Positions 1-9,472 of a stretch of 64,000 bases of DNA are shown in pieces; within the stretch, counting starts at the first letter, position 1, and each line of letters starts with the position of its first letter. The notes beneath the pieces were generated by a model. That model ran no database searches. It had not been told where the DNA came from and worked only from the letters and a program-made list of their open reading frames with translations. The DNA lies in IMG/VR virus record IMGVR_UViG_3300010885_025649, positions 1 to 64,000 of that record; one strand, given 5' to 3'. Made by a program: the position numbers and the translations under genes.

Positions 1-1
1 A

Positions 2-1864
2 GATACTTATACAGATTCAGTGAGTATTCCTGTTGGTGGATTTATTATAAATTATAAGTTTATTAATACTAATACCGCAGGAACTTTAAATAATCTACTA
101 AATGTAACTACTAATAGTGTGGCTATAGATCCTACCATAGCAGACCCCAACCAACAATTATCGCCCTTTAGAGTATTAAATAAGAAAGAGGATAACACTA
201 CTTGGTGGAATTCTAATGATCCCGCTAAAGGGCATACAGGGGACTTTAATACCACATTTAGTCTACAGAGTTTAAACAATAACTTACCAACATCTTTTGA
301 GAGAATTATTGAAACAGAACCATTTAGTAATCTTGTGAATATAACCTTAACTTTAACTGGATTCGGTTATCCAATTGACAGCACAATAAGTCTTAGATGT
401 ACAGTAGATGGCGTGCCATATAATCTAGTACCAGTTAGTGAGACCTTTCAGACCGGTACTGGAACTGGCTATGTACAAGGTGGGGTTACCTATTCTACTA
501 TAATTAGTCGAGCTGATGGAACGTGGAATGCTACAGTAACATTTCCTGCAGCTCCTATTTTACCAGGGCCGCATACAATAAGCGTATTTAGTGATAGCCC
601 TGCAGTACATGGTTCAGAAATATGGTATGTAGATAATAATTTATATAAGCGGGCAGTAGGCACAGCCAATACAGCTAATAGTAGATATAGTAATAGAGAC
701 TGGGATATATTAACCCAAGTATTACATATAAGTGAGACTTGTATGCTATCCTCATTAGATCTATTCTTCTCCACTAAAGATAGTAATTTACCTATTACTA
801 TTTGTCTTAGAGAAGTAGATGCTAATATACCTTCTGATCCAATAAATACTTTAGCCACAGTTACTTTACCCAGTAGTGCAGTTAATATTGCAGGTAAAGA
901 TTTAAATAATAATATAACCGCCATTAGTGCTACCAGATTTACATTCCCTAGACCAATCCTAGTAGAAAGTAATAAGTTATATGCAATTGTAATTCAATCT
1001 GACAGTAATAACTATAAGTTAGTAGCCGCAGTTAATGGTGATCCTAATACTCTTACAGGTACTACTATAAACGGAGTCTATAGTTACTATAAGAGTTTAT
1101 ATAAACGCACTAATAACACACAAGTAGAAATAGAGAATACTACTTTAAAGTTTGTATTATACAAAGCACAATTTAATACAGCATTAACCGGGCAGTTTGA
1201 TTCAACTGCAAGTGTAGTTACTAACTCAAATGCTTTTATTATTAATTGTGATTACACATTGCCTGAGAATACTAATGTGGAATGGAGATATAGTTTAGAT
1301 AATTGGGTAACTTATAAGTTAACACATCCATATTTCTATACTCGATTAACTAGCAGATATAGCGGAACAATACAATTTAGAATTGTAATGACCACTACTA
1401 ATGCTAACTTCTCTCCTATTATTCAATATGGTTCTGCAACTATTAGTTCTATATCTAATCTATTAACTAGTTATTATGTATCCAACATATTCACAGGTAA
1501 TACCACTTACAATAATATCAAAGTAGTATTACAGCAATACACTCCAGCATCTACCACACAGACTTTATATTGGACAGACACATTAGTACATTTAAGTAGT
1601 GAAGTGGTTCCTAGTAATGTTATTGCAGATAATGTTATATCTAGTACTAATGGAGCTGTTATAGGAAAGCTATGGTGGTATCCAATGTCATTATCCACTT
1701 CAACCTTGTTATACAATAATATCTATAGTAATACTTATCAGCTATTAAACTTAAATAACTTATATGCAAGTAATAGATTAAGTTATCGTATAATGATTAT
1801 ACAGACTAGTAGTACTGGAGTTCAGTTACCCTTATCCACTTCTATAATTATCTATCCTTACTAA
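2..1864 (+). CDS. C-terminal part of a large virion structural protein (DUF4815-like baseplate/tail protein), truncated by the window edge
   Basis: The frame is open from base 2, with no stop before the GTG at 20. The motif TQVLHISETCMLSSLDLFFSTKDSNLPITICLRE resembles the DUF4815 'QTF..LTSVDLFF..KD..P' signature. The protein is Thr/Asn/Ser-rich. Confidence 0.65.
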   Translation, partial: DTYTDSVSIPVGGFIINYKFINTNTAGTLNNLLNVTTNSVAIDPTIADPNQQLSPFRVLNKKEDNTTWWNSNDPAKGHTGDFNTTFSLQSLNNNLPTSFERIIETEPFSNLVNITLTLTGFGYPIDSTISLRCTVDGVPYNLVPVSETFQTGTGTGYVQGGVTYSTIISRADGTWNATVTFPAAPILPGPHTISVFSDSPAVHGSEIWYVDNNLYKRAVGTANTANSRYSNRDWDILTQVLHISETCMLSSLDLFFSTKDSNLPITICLREVDANIPSDPINTLATVTLPSSAVNIAGKDLNNNITAISATRFTFPRPILVESNKLYAIVIQSDSNNYKLVAAVNGDPNTLTGTTINGVYSYYKSLYKRTNNTQVEIENTTLKFVLYKAQFNTALTGQFDSTASVVTNSNAFIINCDYTLPENTNVEWRYSLDNWVTYKLTHPYFYTRLTSRYSGTIQFRIVMTTTNANFSPIIQYGSATISSISNLLTSYYVSNIFTGNTTYNNIKVVLQQYTPASTTQTLYWTDTLVHLSSEVVPSNVIADNVISSTNGAVIGKLWWYPMSLSTSTLLYNNIYSNTYQLLNLNNLYASNRLSYRIMIIQTSSTGVQLPLSTSIIIYPY

Positions 1865-1865
1865 G

Positions 1866-2282
1866 ATGCAACTATATAATATTCCTAATTCAATTGTATT
1901 TAATCCTACACATGCTAAAGACAGCACCGGTGTTAGGACATTAAATTCTCCTGCAGGTATTTATAATGGTGTAGTTTATATTCAAGCCAATAGTAATAGC
2001 AATTATATTAGTAATAACTTATTAACTATATTAGGAACCAATTCCAATAGTACTTATTTAGTAGCAATTCCATGTACAAACAAATCAAGATATGTTATTT
2101 ATACCCAGTTCATAACAATAACTGATACAGATAATTTAGTTATATTAGGATCAAACACTTTAGGAATTAGCGTAACTAATCAAAGCACAAGTAATTTATT
2201 ATCAATAACATATCCAAAAGGATTTAGATTCAAGAGTATTATAGGTACAACAGTAGAACAGTCAATATTAAGTAGTGCATAG
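1866..2282 (+). CDS. hypothetical (probably structural) protein
   Basis: 138-aa ORF directly after the upstream stop, in the structural block. Confidence 0.55.
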   Translation: MQLYNIPNSIVFNPTHAKDSTGVRTLNSPAGIYNGVVYIQANSNSNYISNNLLTILGTNSNSTYLVAIPCTNKSRYVIYTQFITITDTDNLVILGSNTLGISVTNQSTSNLLSITYPKGFRFKSIIGTTVEQSILSSA

Positions 2283-2336
2283 AAAACCATAAGAGATTAA
2301 TGTAGTATATATTTATAGGTAATTAGGAGCGTAGTC

Positions 2337-2579
2337 ATGGACAATTTAGATATCAGAGTTGACAAGCCAATTAATGAGGAATTCTGTTTCTTATTAATGA
2401 TTGATGGAATCAAACATAGATTAATAGACCATCCCCATGGTCCTATAATTTCTATCCTAGCTCCCATACCAGAGAATATAGATAGTACCTTAACTAAAAT
2501 TCATGCAAGAGCTACTAGATCTTTAGACCGCAAGCGCAGATTAGAAACCCTATTTAATAAATCCATAGATCTAACATAA
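2337..2579 (+). CDS. hypothetical protein
   Basis: 80-aa ORF with AGGAG Shine-Dalgarno (SD) upstream. Confidence 0.6.
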   Translation: MDNLDIRVDKPINEEFCFLLMIDGIKHRLIDHPHGPIISILAPIPENIDSTLTKIHARATRSLDRKRRLETLFNKSIDLT

Positions 2580-2580
2580 G

Positions 2581-3072
2581 ATGAGTATAGTAACAGACAT
2601 TCAAGCTGACATAACAACTGCCTTGGTTAATCAGGGCAGTTATTTAAACATATATAATAGTTTAGCTTTTGGAGATGTAAATGCCACATTAGCCAACTTA
2701 AGATTAAATCATGCTAGTCAAGTTGCTAATATACTAACAAAGCTAAACAATTACATTACTCAAGCTTATAACACAACACCTGCAGTTATATACACAAATA
2801 CGAGTAGTCAACTCTTAGGTAAATTAGTGCAGGTACATACAGCACAATTAGAATTATACAGATCTCATATCTACAGTACTTTAGTAATTAAACAAGCTCT
2901 GATTAATAGTAGTGGTTATGCCACTGCGGCTAATCCCACAGTAAGTATATTTAATACTACAGAGAAATTAGTACAGACATTAGATATCTGTTTATTAAAC
3001 GTAATAGTATTAGCCTTAAACACTTTATTATTACTAGTACAATACATTAATGATTTTATTCTACTAGGGTAA
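2581..3072 (+). CDS. hypothetical helical protein
   Basis: 163-aa ORF tightly coupled to the upstream gene. Confidence 0.6.
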   Translation: MSIVTDIQADITTALVNQGSYLNIYNSLAFGDVNATLANLRLNHASQVANILTKLNNYITQAYNTTPAVIYTNTSSQLLGKLVQVHTAQLELYRSHIYSTLVIKQALINSSGYATAANPTVSIFNTTEKLVQTLDICLLNVIVLALNTLLLLVQYINDFILLG

Positions 3073-3083
3073 AGGAGAGGTAA

Positions 3084-4367
3084 ATGGCAAGTAATCAAGC
3101 GTTATCATTATCTGCAGGAGTATCTAGCAATACATCTAAGAATGCTCCATTCACTTCATCAGACCCCACCTTTAGAATATATAGAGGTGATCCTGATAGT
3201 GCTAATTGTGCAGATACTTATTTCTGGGAGATGGATGTATTACCTGCCATTACTCCAGCTAATACATTTTCAGGTGAAGGTACTAGAGTTCCTAATACAG
3301 AGGTTGGAATCTCTAGTAAAGTGCGCATGAGAGTGGCCACACAACCAATCATTGGTGGTACACCTATCAAGCAATCATTAGGCATTGAGGGCCAAATGAT
3401 GACCTTTGTAGGAGCCTTTTTAGGTAGAGGCCGGGATAGCAATAACTTTGTAGATCATGAGAATGCAGACGCTAATAGTTATACAGGAACAGGACCTAAT
3501 AAAGTTGCCTCTGATAGTTATACAAGTATGCAACTACAAAAGGTAACTGCAACTGCTGTTTATAATAAAATATCTACAAGTGCAGAAGCTTATTATACCG
3601 CAGAGCAGTTTAATAGTGAGATTGTTCTTCCCGGTAGAGAAGTAACGGTTATAATCACATATCCTATGTTAAAAGACATGGATTTAAATATAGCTTCATC
3701 TCCCGGGCGTGGAATTAGAATTAAAGCCACAGGTTATATAACCTCTATAGATTACATGCATGTAAGAGCCACAAGAACTTATTACAGATTTGTATTAGAT
3801 GTAACTAAATTCTATCCATCTAAGCGGCCATTAAGTTCTGGTACCCCTGAGCTTATACTCAGCCCGGAGAATAAACAGCAATCTTGTACATCTTTAATTA
3901 ATGCTCAGATAGCTTTAGTACAAGCACAAAGTAAATTATATAGTTTACAGACACAGTTAACGACAGCACAATCATCACTAGCAAATCTACAAACTGCTTT
4001 AAATAACTTCCCAACATCAGGGCAAGGATTACCCACTGAGAATTTAATAACCGATCCTAACTCAACTGTAGAATTATTACCAAATGCCCCTAACTTTACA
4101 GCCTCAACATTTACAGATACAACTCCTACAGATTCTATTAATCTACAAACAGCTAAGATAACTACAGCTTCGGCAAGTGTAGATAGTATTAATAAACAAA
4201 TAACAACTACACAAACATCAATAACAACTCTTATAAAAACTATCATACAAGAGAGTAAATCTTGTAGTATTTATGCAAGACCGATAACAAGTCCTGGAGA
4301 ACTACAAAAGCCGGCAAGATACACACCAGCTTCTAATGCTAGTCTCGTCCCAGATATTATAAGATAA
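3084..4367 (+). CDS. hypothetical virion-associated protein with C-terminal coiled coil
   Basis: 427 aa, strong SD (AGGAGAGG), heptad-like Q/L-rich segments. Confidence 0.6.
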   Translation: MASNQALSLSAGVSSNTSKNAPFTSSDPTFRIYRGDPDSANCADTYFWEMDVLPAITPANTFSGEGTRVPNTEVGISSKVRMRVATQPIIGGTPIKQSLGIEGQMMTFVGAFLGRGRDSNNFVDHENADANSYTGTGPNKVASDSYTSMQLQKVTATAVYNKISTSAEAYYTAEQFNSEIVLPGREVTVIITYPMLKDMDLNIASSPGRGIRIKATGYITSIDYMHVRATRTYYRFVLDVTKFYPSKRPLSSGTPELILSPENKQQSCTSLINAQIALVQAQSKLYSLQTQLTTAQSSLANLQTALNNFPTSGQGLPTENLITDPNSTVELLPNAPNFTASTFTDTTPTDSINLQTAKITTASASVDSINKQITTTQTSITTLIKTIIQESKSCSIYARPITSPGELQKPARYTPASNASLVPDIIR

Positions 4368-4383
4368 GAACAGGAGTCTAATC

Positions 4384-4671
4384 ATGTTAATCATAACCAA
4401 TAAGCCAGTTGAATTAGATATAACATTACCTGCAGATACAGGAACTCCTTTAAGTATCTATACTCCAGATGTAAATACTAATGTTAGTGATGATTTAGAT
4501 ATTTATCTAAGCGGTATATCAAATGATCCTCAGCAATGTTTACTAGAAATAATAAAGGATTGTTTACCTAACGCATATAAGAATGAGTTATTATTGAGTA
4601 TTGATCAAACAAGATTAACTAATGCCGCCACAATAAATACCTTTGTGACTGGAGTATTAAATGCTAACTAG
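4384..4671 (+). CDS. hypothetical protein
   Basis: 95 aa, AGGAG SD. Confidence 0.55.
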   Translation: MLIITNKPVELDITLPADTGTPLSIYTPDVNTNVSDDLDIYLSGISNDPQQCLLEIIKDCLPNAYKNELLLSIDQTRLTNAATINTFVTGVLNAN

Positions 4672-5011
4672 AGATATGTTAACTACACAAGCGGTAAATA
4701 CTTTAGAAGTATTATTACTTAATTATGGTTCAGTAGATACTGCTTTAGAAGATCTAAACATGACTAAGGTTGCTTATATATTAGCTAACAATGGCCCTGT
4801 AAAATACATTCCTAAGAACAACCCCGTATTAAAAGTATCAGGAACTAGTTATAAAGTATTTAATATAGATGCCCAGTTAGTATATACAAACAATAGTAAT
4901 GTGTTTGGTTTAAGTGAATACGAAAGATTATTTATTAGAAATAGCGCACCGGGGACTCTGATATATATTTACAGTAACGGCACAACAATTCTAGGAGTTA
5001 TAGGAAGATAA
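4661..5011 (+). CDS. hypothetical protein
   Basis: 116 aa, GGAG SD, overlaps the upstream stop. Confidence 0.55.
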   Translation: MLTRDMLTTQAVNTLEVLLLNYGSVDTALEDLNMTKVAYILANNGPVKYIPKNNPVLKVSGTSYKVFNIDAQLVYTNNSNVFGLSEYERLFIRNSAPGTLIYIYSNGTTILGVIGR

Positions 5012-5015
5012 TTAA

Positions 5016-6818
5016 ATGGATAAAACAACCAGTAAATTAGTTGATATGCAAAATAGTTTAATCTCTGCCTTAGAGAAGAAAGTTAATAAGGGGCAGAATT
5101 ATAACATATTAGAATTTATTGAGAATGTTTTAGAAACCCCAATAAGTAAACTTTATTTAGCTCAACGAGTAATCTTCAAAGCAGTATACAAATTACCATT
5201 TGATTCTGAAGAAGCCGCTTTAATGCAGCTTTGGGTAAGTAATAATAAAACTAACTGGAAAGAAATATCAGAAGAGCAGAATTGGAAAGTTATAAATATC
5301 CAAGCAGGGATGAGAAGTTCTAAAAGCTGGATGGCTGCGGCCATAGCTTTATATGAGTTCTATAAATGGCATAACATGGATAATCCCAGAGAATTTTATG
5401 GATTACTCCAAGGAGCTATTGTAATAACTTGTTTAGCTACCACAGAAACCCAAGTAAAAGATACTATTTTTGGTAAGATAGTAAGCTTTTATGAAGGGTC
5501 TAGTTATTTTACAAATAATAATGAGATTAGTAAGATTGACACTAGAGTTAGATCTAAGACTAAAGACATGGAGATTATAGCTGCCCCGGCTAACCCTTCA
5601 GCTCTTGTAGGAAAGACTTCTATAGTAGTCGTATTTGATGAAGCTTGTCGTATGCATGAACCTAATGCTTTAGGATCTGTAGAAGCTGTAAGAGCTTTAT
5701 ATACAAGTGTGCAGAAGTCTATTACCAACATATCCCACTTCTCTAAAGTAATCACTGTATCCAGTGCTTGGGAAAAGGGAGACTTTATGGAGTATTTAAT
5801 AGAGAGAGATTGGGAGTATGCCGAGAGAGGATATTTATGCTTCAACTTATCTACATTAGATATAGCTAGTAGTAATGCTAATGTAGCCGCTGAAGTAGCC
5901 ACTCAATTAGAAGTAGAACCTATTGCGGCACTTAGAGATTTCTATAATGTAAGGCCTGAATCTCAATCAGCATTCTTAGATCCTAATGAAGTAAACAAAG
6001 CTTTAATAAGCACACCAATGATATATACAACCCCTAAAGATATTACAGTTAATGAGCATACTTGGGTAGGTGTAGACTATGCTAATATACCTAAATTACA
6101 TTTTAGTGAGATGTCATATATACATGGAGATCCTGGAGTAAGTGGAGATAGTTATGCAATAACTGTAGCTCGACCGGTATATATGGATGGCGTCTATAAA
6201 TGCTTAATAGATTGTGTAATTACTTGGGTACCTACTAAAACTAAAACAGGTGTTAAGAAAGTTAGCTTTGATTCTGTAGAGCAAACTGTTATTGAGTTAT
6301 GTAAGAAACGAAATGTAGGCGCAGTAACTCTTGACCACTTCCAAGGAGAAGGCTTGATACAGAAGCTACAACTCTTAGGTATTAATGCTAGCGAAATGCA
6401 CTTTAATAGAACTCAGCAGACTAATTTATATATGACTTTTAGACAATGGCTAAATGCCGGCCGCATTATATTACCAAAGGATATAGATGTTCCTCCTTAT
6501 AATATCATGGTACAAGAGTTAAAAAGCCTGATGTTAATCGGGGGAACTAAAGTAGATCACCCTAAGACGGGTTCAAAGGATATTGCAGATACTATTGTAG
6601 GGGCATTATCGCACGTAGTAACTCATGAAGCTAATTATCCTAGCGGTGGTACTACTAACAATGGTGCAGTTACTCTTGATAGAAGTATATTTTATACCGG
6701 GGGAATAATCTTAGCTAGAGAAGCGGCTATTCCCGCTAGACAAAACCCATTATTTAATAACAGACGGAGTGCATATGAGTCAGCAAATCTTACCAACTTT
6801 ATGTCCCCTAATAGGTAA
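5016..6818 (+). CDS. terL: terminase large subunit
   Basis: Walker A-like AGMRSSKS, Walker B VVVFDEA, coupling motif ITVSSA, RNase-H-fold nuclease acids IHGDPG..GDSY and KDIAD. Confidence 0.9.
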   Translation: MDKTTSKLVDMQNSLISALEKKVNKGQNYNILEFIENVLETPISKLYLAQRVIFKAVYKLPFDSEEAALMQLWVSNNKTNWKEISEEQNWKVINIQAGMRSSKSWMAAAIALYEFYKWHNMDNPREFYGLLQGAIVITCLATTETQVKDTIFGKIVSFYEGSSYFTNNNEISKIDTRVRSKTKDMEIIAAPANPSALVGKTSIVVVFDEACRMHEPNALGSVEAVRALYTSVQKSITNISHFSKVITVSSAWEKGDFMEYLIERDWEYAERGYLCFNLSTLDIASSNANVAAEVATQLEVEPIAALRDFYNVRPESQSAFLDPNEVNKALISTPMIYTTPKDITVNEHTWVGVDYANIPKLHFSEMSYIHGDPGVSGDSYAITVARPVYMDGVYKCLIDCVITWVPTKTKTGVKKVSFDSVEQTVIELCKKRNVGAVTLDHFQGEGLIQKLQLLGINASEMHFNRTQQTNLYMTFRQWLNAGRIILPKDIDVPPYNIMVQELKSLMLIGGTKVDHPKTGSKDIADTIVGALSHVVTHEANYPSGGTTNNGAVTLDRSIFYTGGIILAREAAIPARQNPLFNNRRSAYESANLTNFMSPNR

Positions 6819-7722
6819 GTTTAATTATCCAGATAATACTAATCTACCTATATTTAATCAAACTTATAATACACCCATATTAAATAGTGCCGGCTTACCT
6901 GTATTAGATTTATCAGGAAATGTAATAACTAAAACGGCGCAGAAATTAGTATATGGGTTAGTAGTTAGAGTAATTACTCCAATACAATCATTTACTGTAG
7001 AGAATAGTTATCAAGATTATACAATAGACGCTACCTCAGGCTTCCTTAAATTAAGTCTATATCCTAATGATCCTGTCTATAATAACGATGCTAGTTATTA
7101 TTGGGTAGAGTTTTATCTAACTGATATAACCGGAAGAACTAATAACTTTTATAGTAGTAGAGCCAAATGGACTGTGCCGAATGCCCCTAATGCAACCACT
7201 ATTACAGTTACTAGAACTGCAGGAACTTATATAGATCCTCTAGGAGATTATCAAGTAGCCTTAACAGGTATTGTAGATAGTACGGGGTTAATTAACTATG
7301 TGCCTAATGTAGATTTCACATACAATGAATACCAAATCTTCTGGTATAAACCTTATACACAAAGTTTCACTGTAAGTAGCGGGACTACATTTACTTTAAC
7401 CACAGCCCCAACAGTAAATGCTTTAAACAAAGTAGTAACAATTACTAGAAATGGATTATCTTATAAGTATGATTACGGAACCTACTGGACTATTAGTGGT
7501 AATACATTAAATTGGACCGGCACCGGAGCATTAGCAATTCAAAGTGGGGATACATTAGTAATTACTTGGAACGAACCCAGTACTAATCGACCCCCGAATA
7601 ATTCTATATATACAGTAAGTTACACTCCTGCCATAGACATTGCTACTATAAGTGATCCTAATCAATTCTGGTTGAATAACTTATATGTATATCCATTAGC
7701 ATTAACTAATGCACCATTTTAA
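6775..7722 (+). CDS. virion structural protein (beta-rich)
   Basis: ATG at 6775 follows a GGAG SD. The ORF overlaps the terL 3' end by 44 nt and is Thr/Tyr/Asn-rich. Confidence 0.6.
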   Translation: MSQQILPTLCPLIGKFNYPDNTNLPIFNQTYNTPILNSAGLPVLDLSGNVITKTAQKLVYGLVVRVITPIQSFTVENSYQDYTIDATSGFLKLSLYPNDPVYNNDASYYWVEFYLTDITGRTNNFYSSRAKWTVPNAPNATTITVTRTAGTYIDPLGDYQVALTGIVDSTGLINYVPNVDFTYNEYQIFWYKPYTQSFTVSSGTTFTLTTAPTVNALNKVVTITRNGLSYKYDYGTYWTISGNTLNWTGTGALAIQSGDTLVITWNEPSTNRPPNNSIYTVSYTPAIDIATISDPNQFWLNNLYVYPLALTNAPF

Positions 7723-7729
7723 CCAGTAT

Positions 7730-8497
7730 TTAGATCACCACATCTCTAGTAGCCACAAACACAGTTCTATAAATAGTATTAATACTACTACCACTAATAC
7801 ATTGTATTTCCAGACTATAATATTGGTCTGGAATAAACATAACTGTACCTATAGGAATAAATATTAAATTAGCCGAACCCGCAGCAGTAAAGTTATCTAA
7901 TGCACTAGTAAGAATAGCAACTGTATCTAGATTAGTACTTCTAATATCACCTTTCTTAATCTGCCCGATAAGTTGTGGGAAGGCTACAGTCATAGAAGTA
8001 GTGCTAGCAATAGCAGTAATTAATCTTCTTTGTCCTTGAATATCAATAGTCTGTCCCACTTTAAAGAAAGTAGTAAAAGTGGTACCAATACCAGTAACAG
8101 TAGTCTCTAACAAAGAAACCGTGCCTACTCCTAGTTGTCTCTGGATACTATAAGCCGTTCCGGCGCTAACCGTCAGTGAAGTATTAATAGTTAAAGTAGT
8201 ATTATTAGTAACCGCTGTTACCAGAGCAGAAACAGTTCCTATTTTTATATAGTTATTTATATTAAAGAAAGTAGTAAAGCTAGTACCAGTACCTGTAACA
8301 GTAGTACCAGAAACCGCTATAGTTCCCACTCCGGGAGTATTATCTAAATAATATGTAGTAGAACTCGCCACATTAACTGATAGCGCTGTAAAGCCGCTAA
8401 GAGCAACTTCTATAGTATCTCCTCTAAGAATGACATTACTTAAAGGTGTGATAGTTAAATCATTAGGTTTAACAATAAGTTTCATAGAATATCCCAA
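7730..8497 (-). CDS. structural protein with two 'VTGTGTxFTxxF' beta-repeat modules (likely start ATG 8485)
   Basis: Two internal repeats (GTTVTGTGTSFTTFF / ETTVTGIGTTFTTFF). The same module occurs in 61310..61843 and 61853..62440. Confidence 0.65.
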   Translation of the reverse strand: MGYSMKLIVKPNDLTITPLSNVILRGDTIEVALSGFTALSVNVASSTTYYLDNTPGVGTIAVSGTTVTGTGTSFTTFFNINNYIKIGTVSALVTAVTNNTTLTINTSLTVSAGTAYSIQRQLGVGTVSLLETTVTGIGTTFTTFFKVGQTIDIQGQRRLITAIASTTSMTVAFPQLIGQIKKGDIRSTNLDTVAILTSALDNFTAAGSANLIFIPIGTVMFIPDQYYSLEIQCISGSSINTIYRTVFVATRDVVI

Positions 8498-8511
8498 GTA
8501 TTAATAATTTA

Positions 8512-8534
8512 ATTATCACACACATTAACCTAGA
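8512..8534 (-). promoter_or_regulatory. putative phage promoter TCTAGGTTAATGTGTGTGATAAT (extended -10-like)
   Basis: Lies in the divergent gap upstream of 7730..8497. It is 20/23 identical to 50993..51015, upstream of the intron LAGLIDADG ORF. Confidence 0.5.
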
Positions 8535-8586
8535 AATGTCGGCAAAAGTATGTTATTAATAGAATAGTCCTTTAGAGATTTTATAC

Positions 8587-9072
8587 ATGGCTATTTCATT
8601 AACAAGTAACGTATACGTTGGTCCATATCCCGAGAGTCCCAATGCATACGGCCGTACATCTGTCCAAGCTTTAGGAGATTTAATTGCTACCAGTGCTACA
8701 ACTGCAATTGCAGCAGTAAATAAAGCAACTACTCTTCAACGTAATGCTGTTACAGTACAACCAGTAACAAACACCTTTGCTATTGATTTTAGTTTGGGTG
8801 ATACTTTTATCCTAAACGTTGGAGCAGCTACTGGAAACATTACAGTTAGTTTTCCTACTAACGTTCCTACAAAAGCTGTTCAATTTAATATCTTATTTGT
8901 TCAGGGTAGTACCGCAAGAACAGTTACCTTTACTGGTGCTTATAAAAACACTCCTACTTTAACTGCTTCTGCTAACGCACAAGACTTTGTTGAAGCAATT
9001 TACTTACCTGCTACTACACTTCCCACAACTACAGCTAAAGTAATCTGTCAGAACACCCTAAACATTGCGTAA
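8587..9072 (+). CDS. small structural/decoration-like protein
   Basis: 161 aa, Ala/Thr-rich, with an 'IDFSLGDTFIL..FNILFVQG..RTVTF' beta-sandwich pattern typical of tail-fibre ends. Confidence 0.55.
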   Translation: MAISLTSNVYVGPYPESPNAYGRTSVQALGDLIATSATTAIAAVNKATTLQRNAVTVQPVTNTFAIDFSLGDTFILNVGAATGNITVSFPTNVPTKAVQFNILFVQGSTARTVTFTGAYKNTPTLTASANAQDFVEAIYLPATTLPTTTAKVICQNTLNIA

Positions 9073-9100
9073 TTCTGATTTTAGTAGTTAGGAGTTTAAT

Positions 9101-9421
9101 ATGGTAGCACCTTTTCAATCCAATATAACTGCTCCTGTAGCAGGTTCTGCTGCGCCCAGTTCAATAGCAACGCCTGTAAAACTAGCAGCTAACTTTACTC
9201 CTGTAAGTACATTAGTAATTACAGCTATTAGACCTACTAGAGTAACTAATACAGGAACAGTTTATATAGGAATTTCTTCAACCAATGACACACAGTTAAT
9301 ACCATTAGCTCCTGGTGCATCTATCACATTAAACTGTGGACCAAAGACATTACTAGATGTCTCCACATTATGGGTAGATGCCACAACTGCTACAGATGGA
9401 GTATGTTGGTTAGGAATCTAG
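9101..9421 (+). CDS. small structural protein
   Basis: 106 aa, AGGAG SD, 'NTGTVYIG..IPLAPGASITL' pattern seen in small phage virion proteins. Confidence 0.55.
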   Translation: MVAPFQSNITAPVAGSAAPSSIATPVKLAANFTPVSTLVITAIRPTRVTNTGTVYIGISSTNDTQLIPLAPGASITLNCGPKTLLDVSTLWVDATTATDGVCWLGI

Positions 9422-9472
9422 TTAACACAATTTATTCATAATATAATAGTATTACTATTTGAAATTACTATT

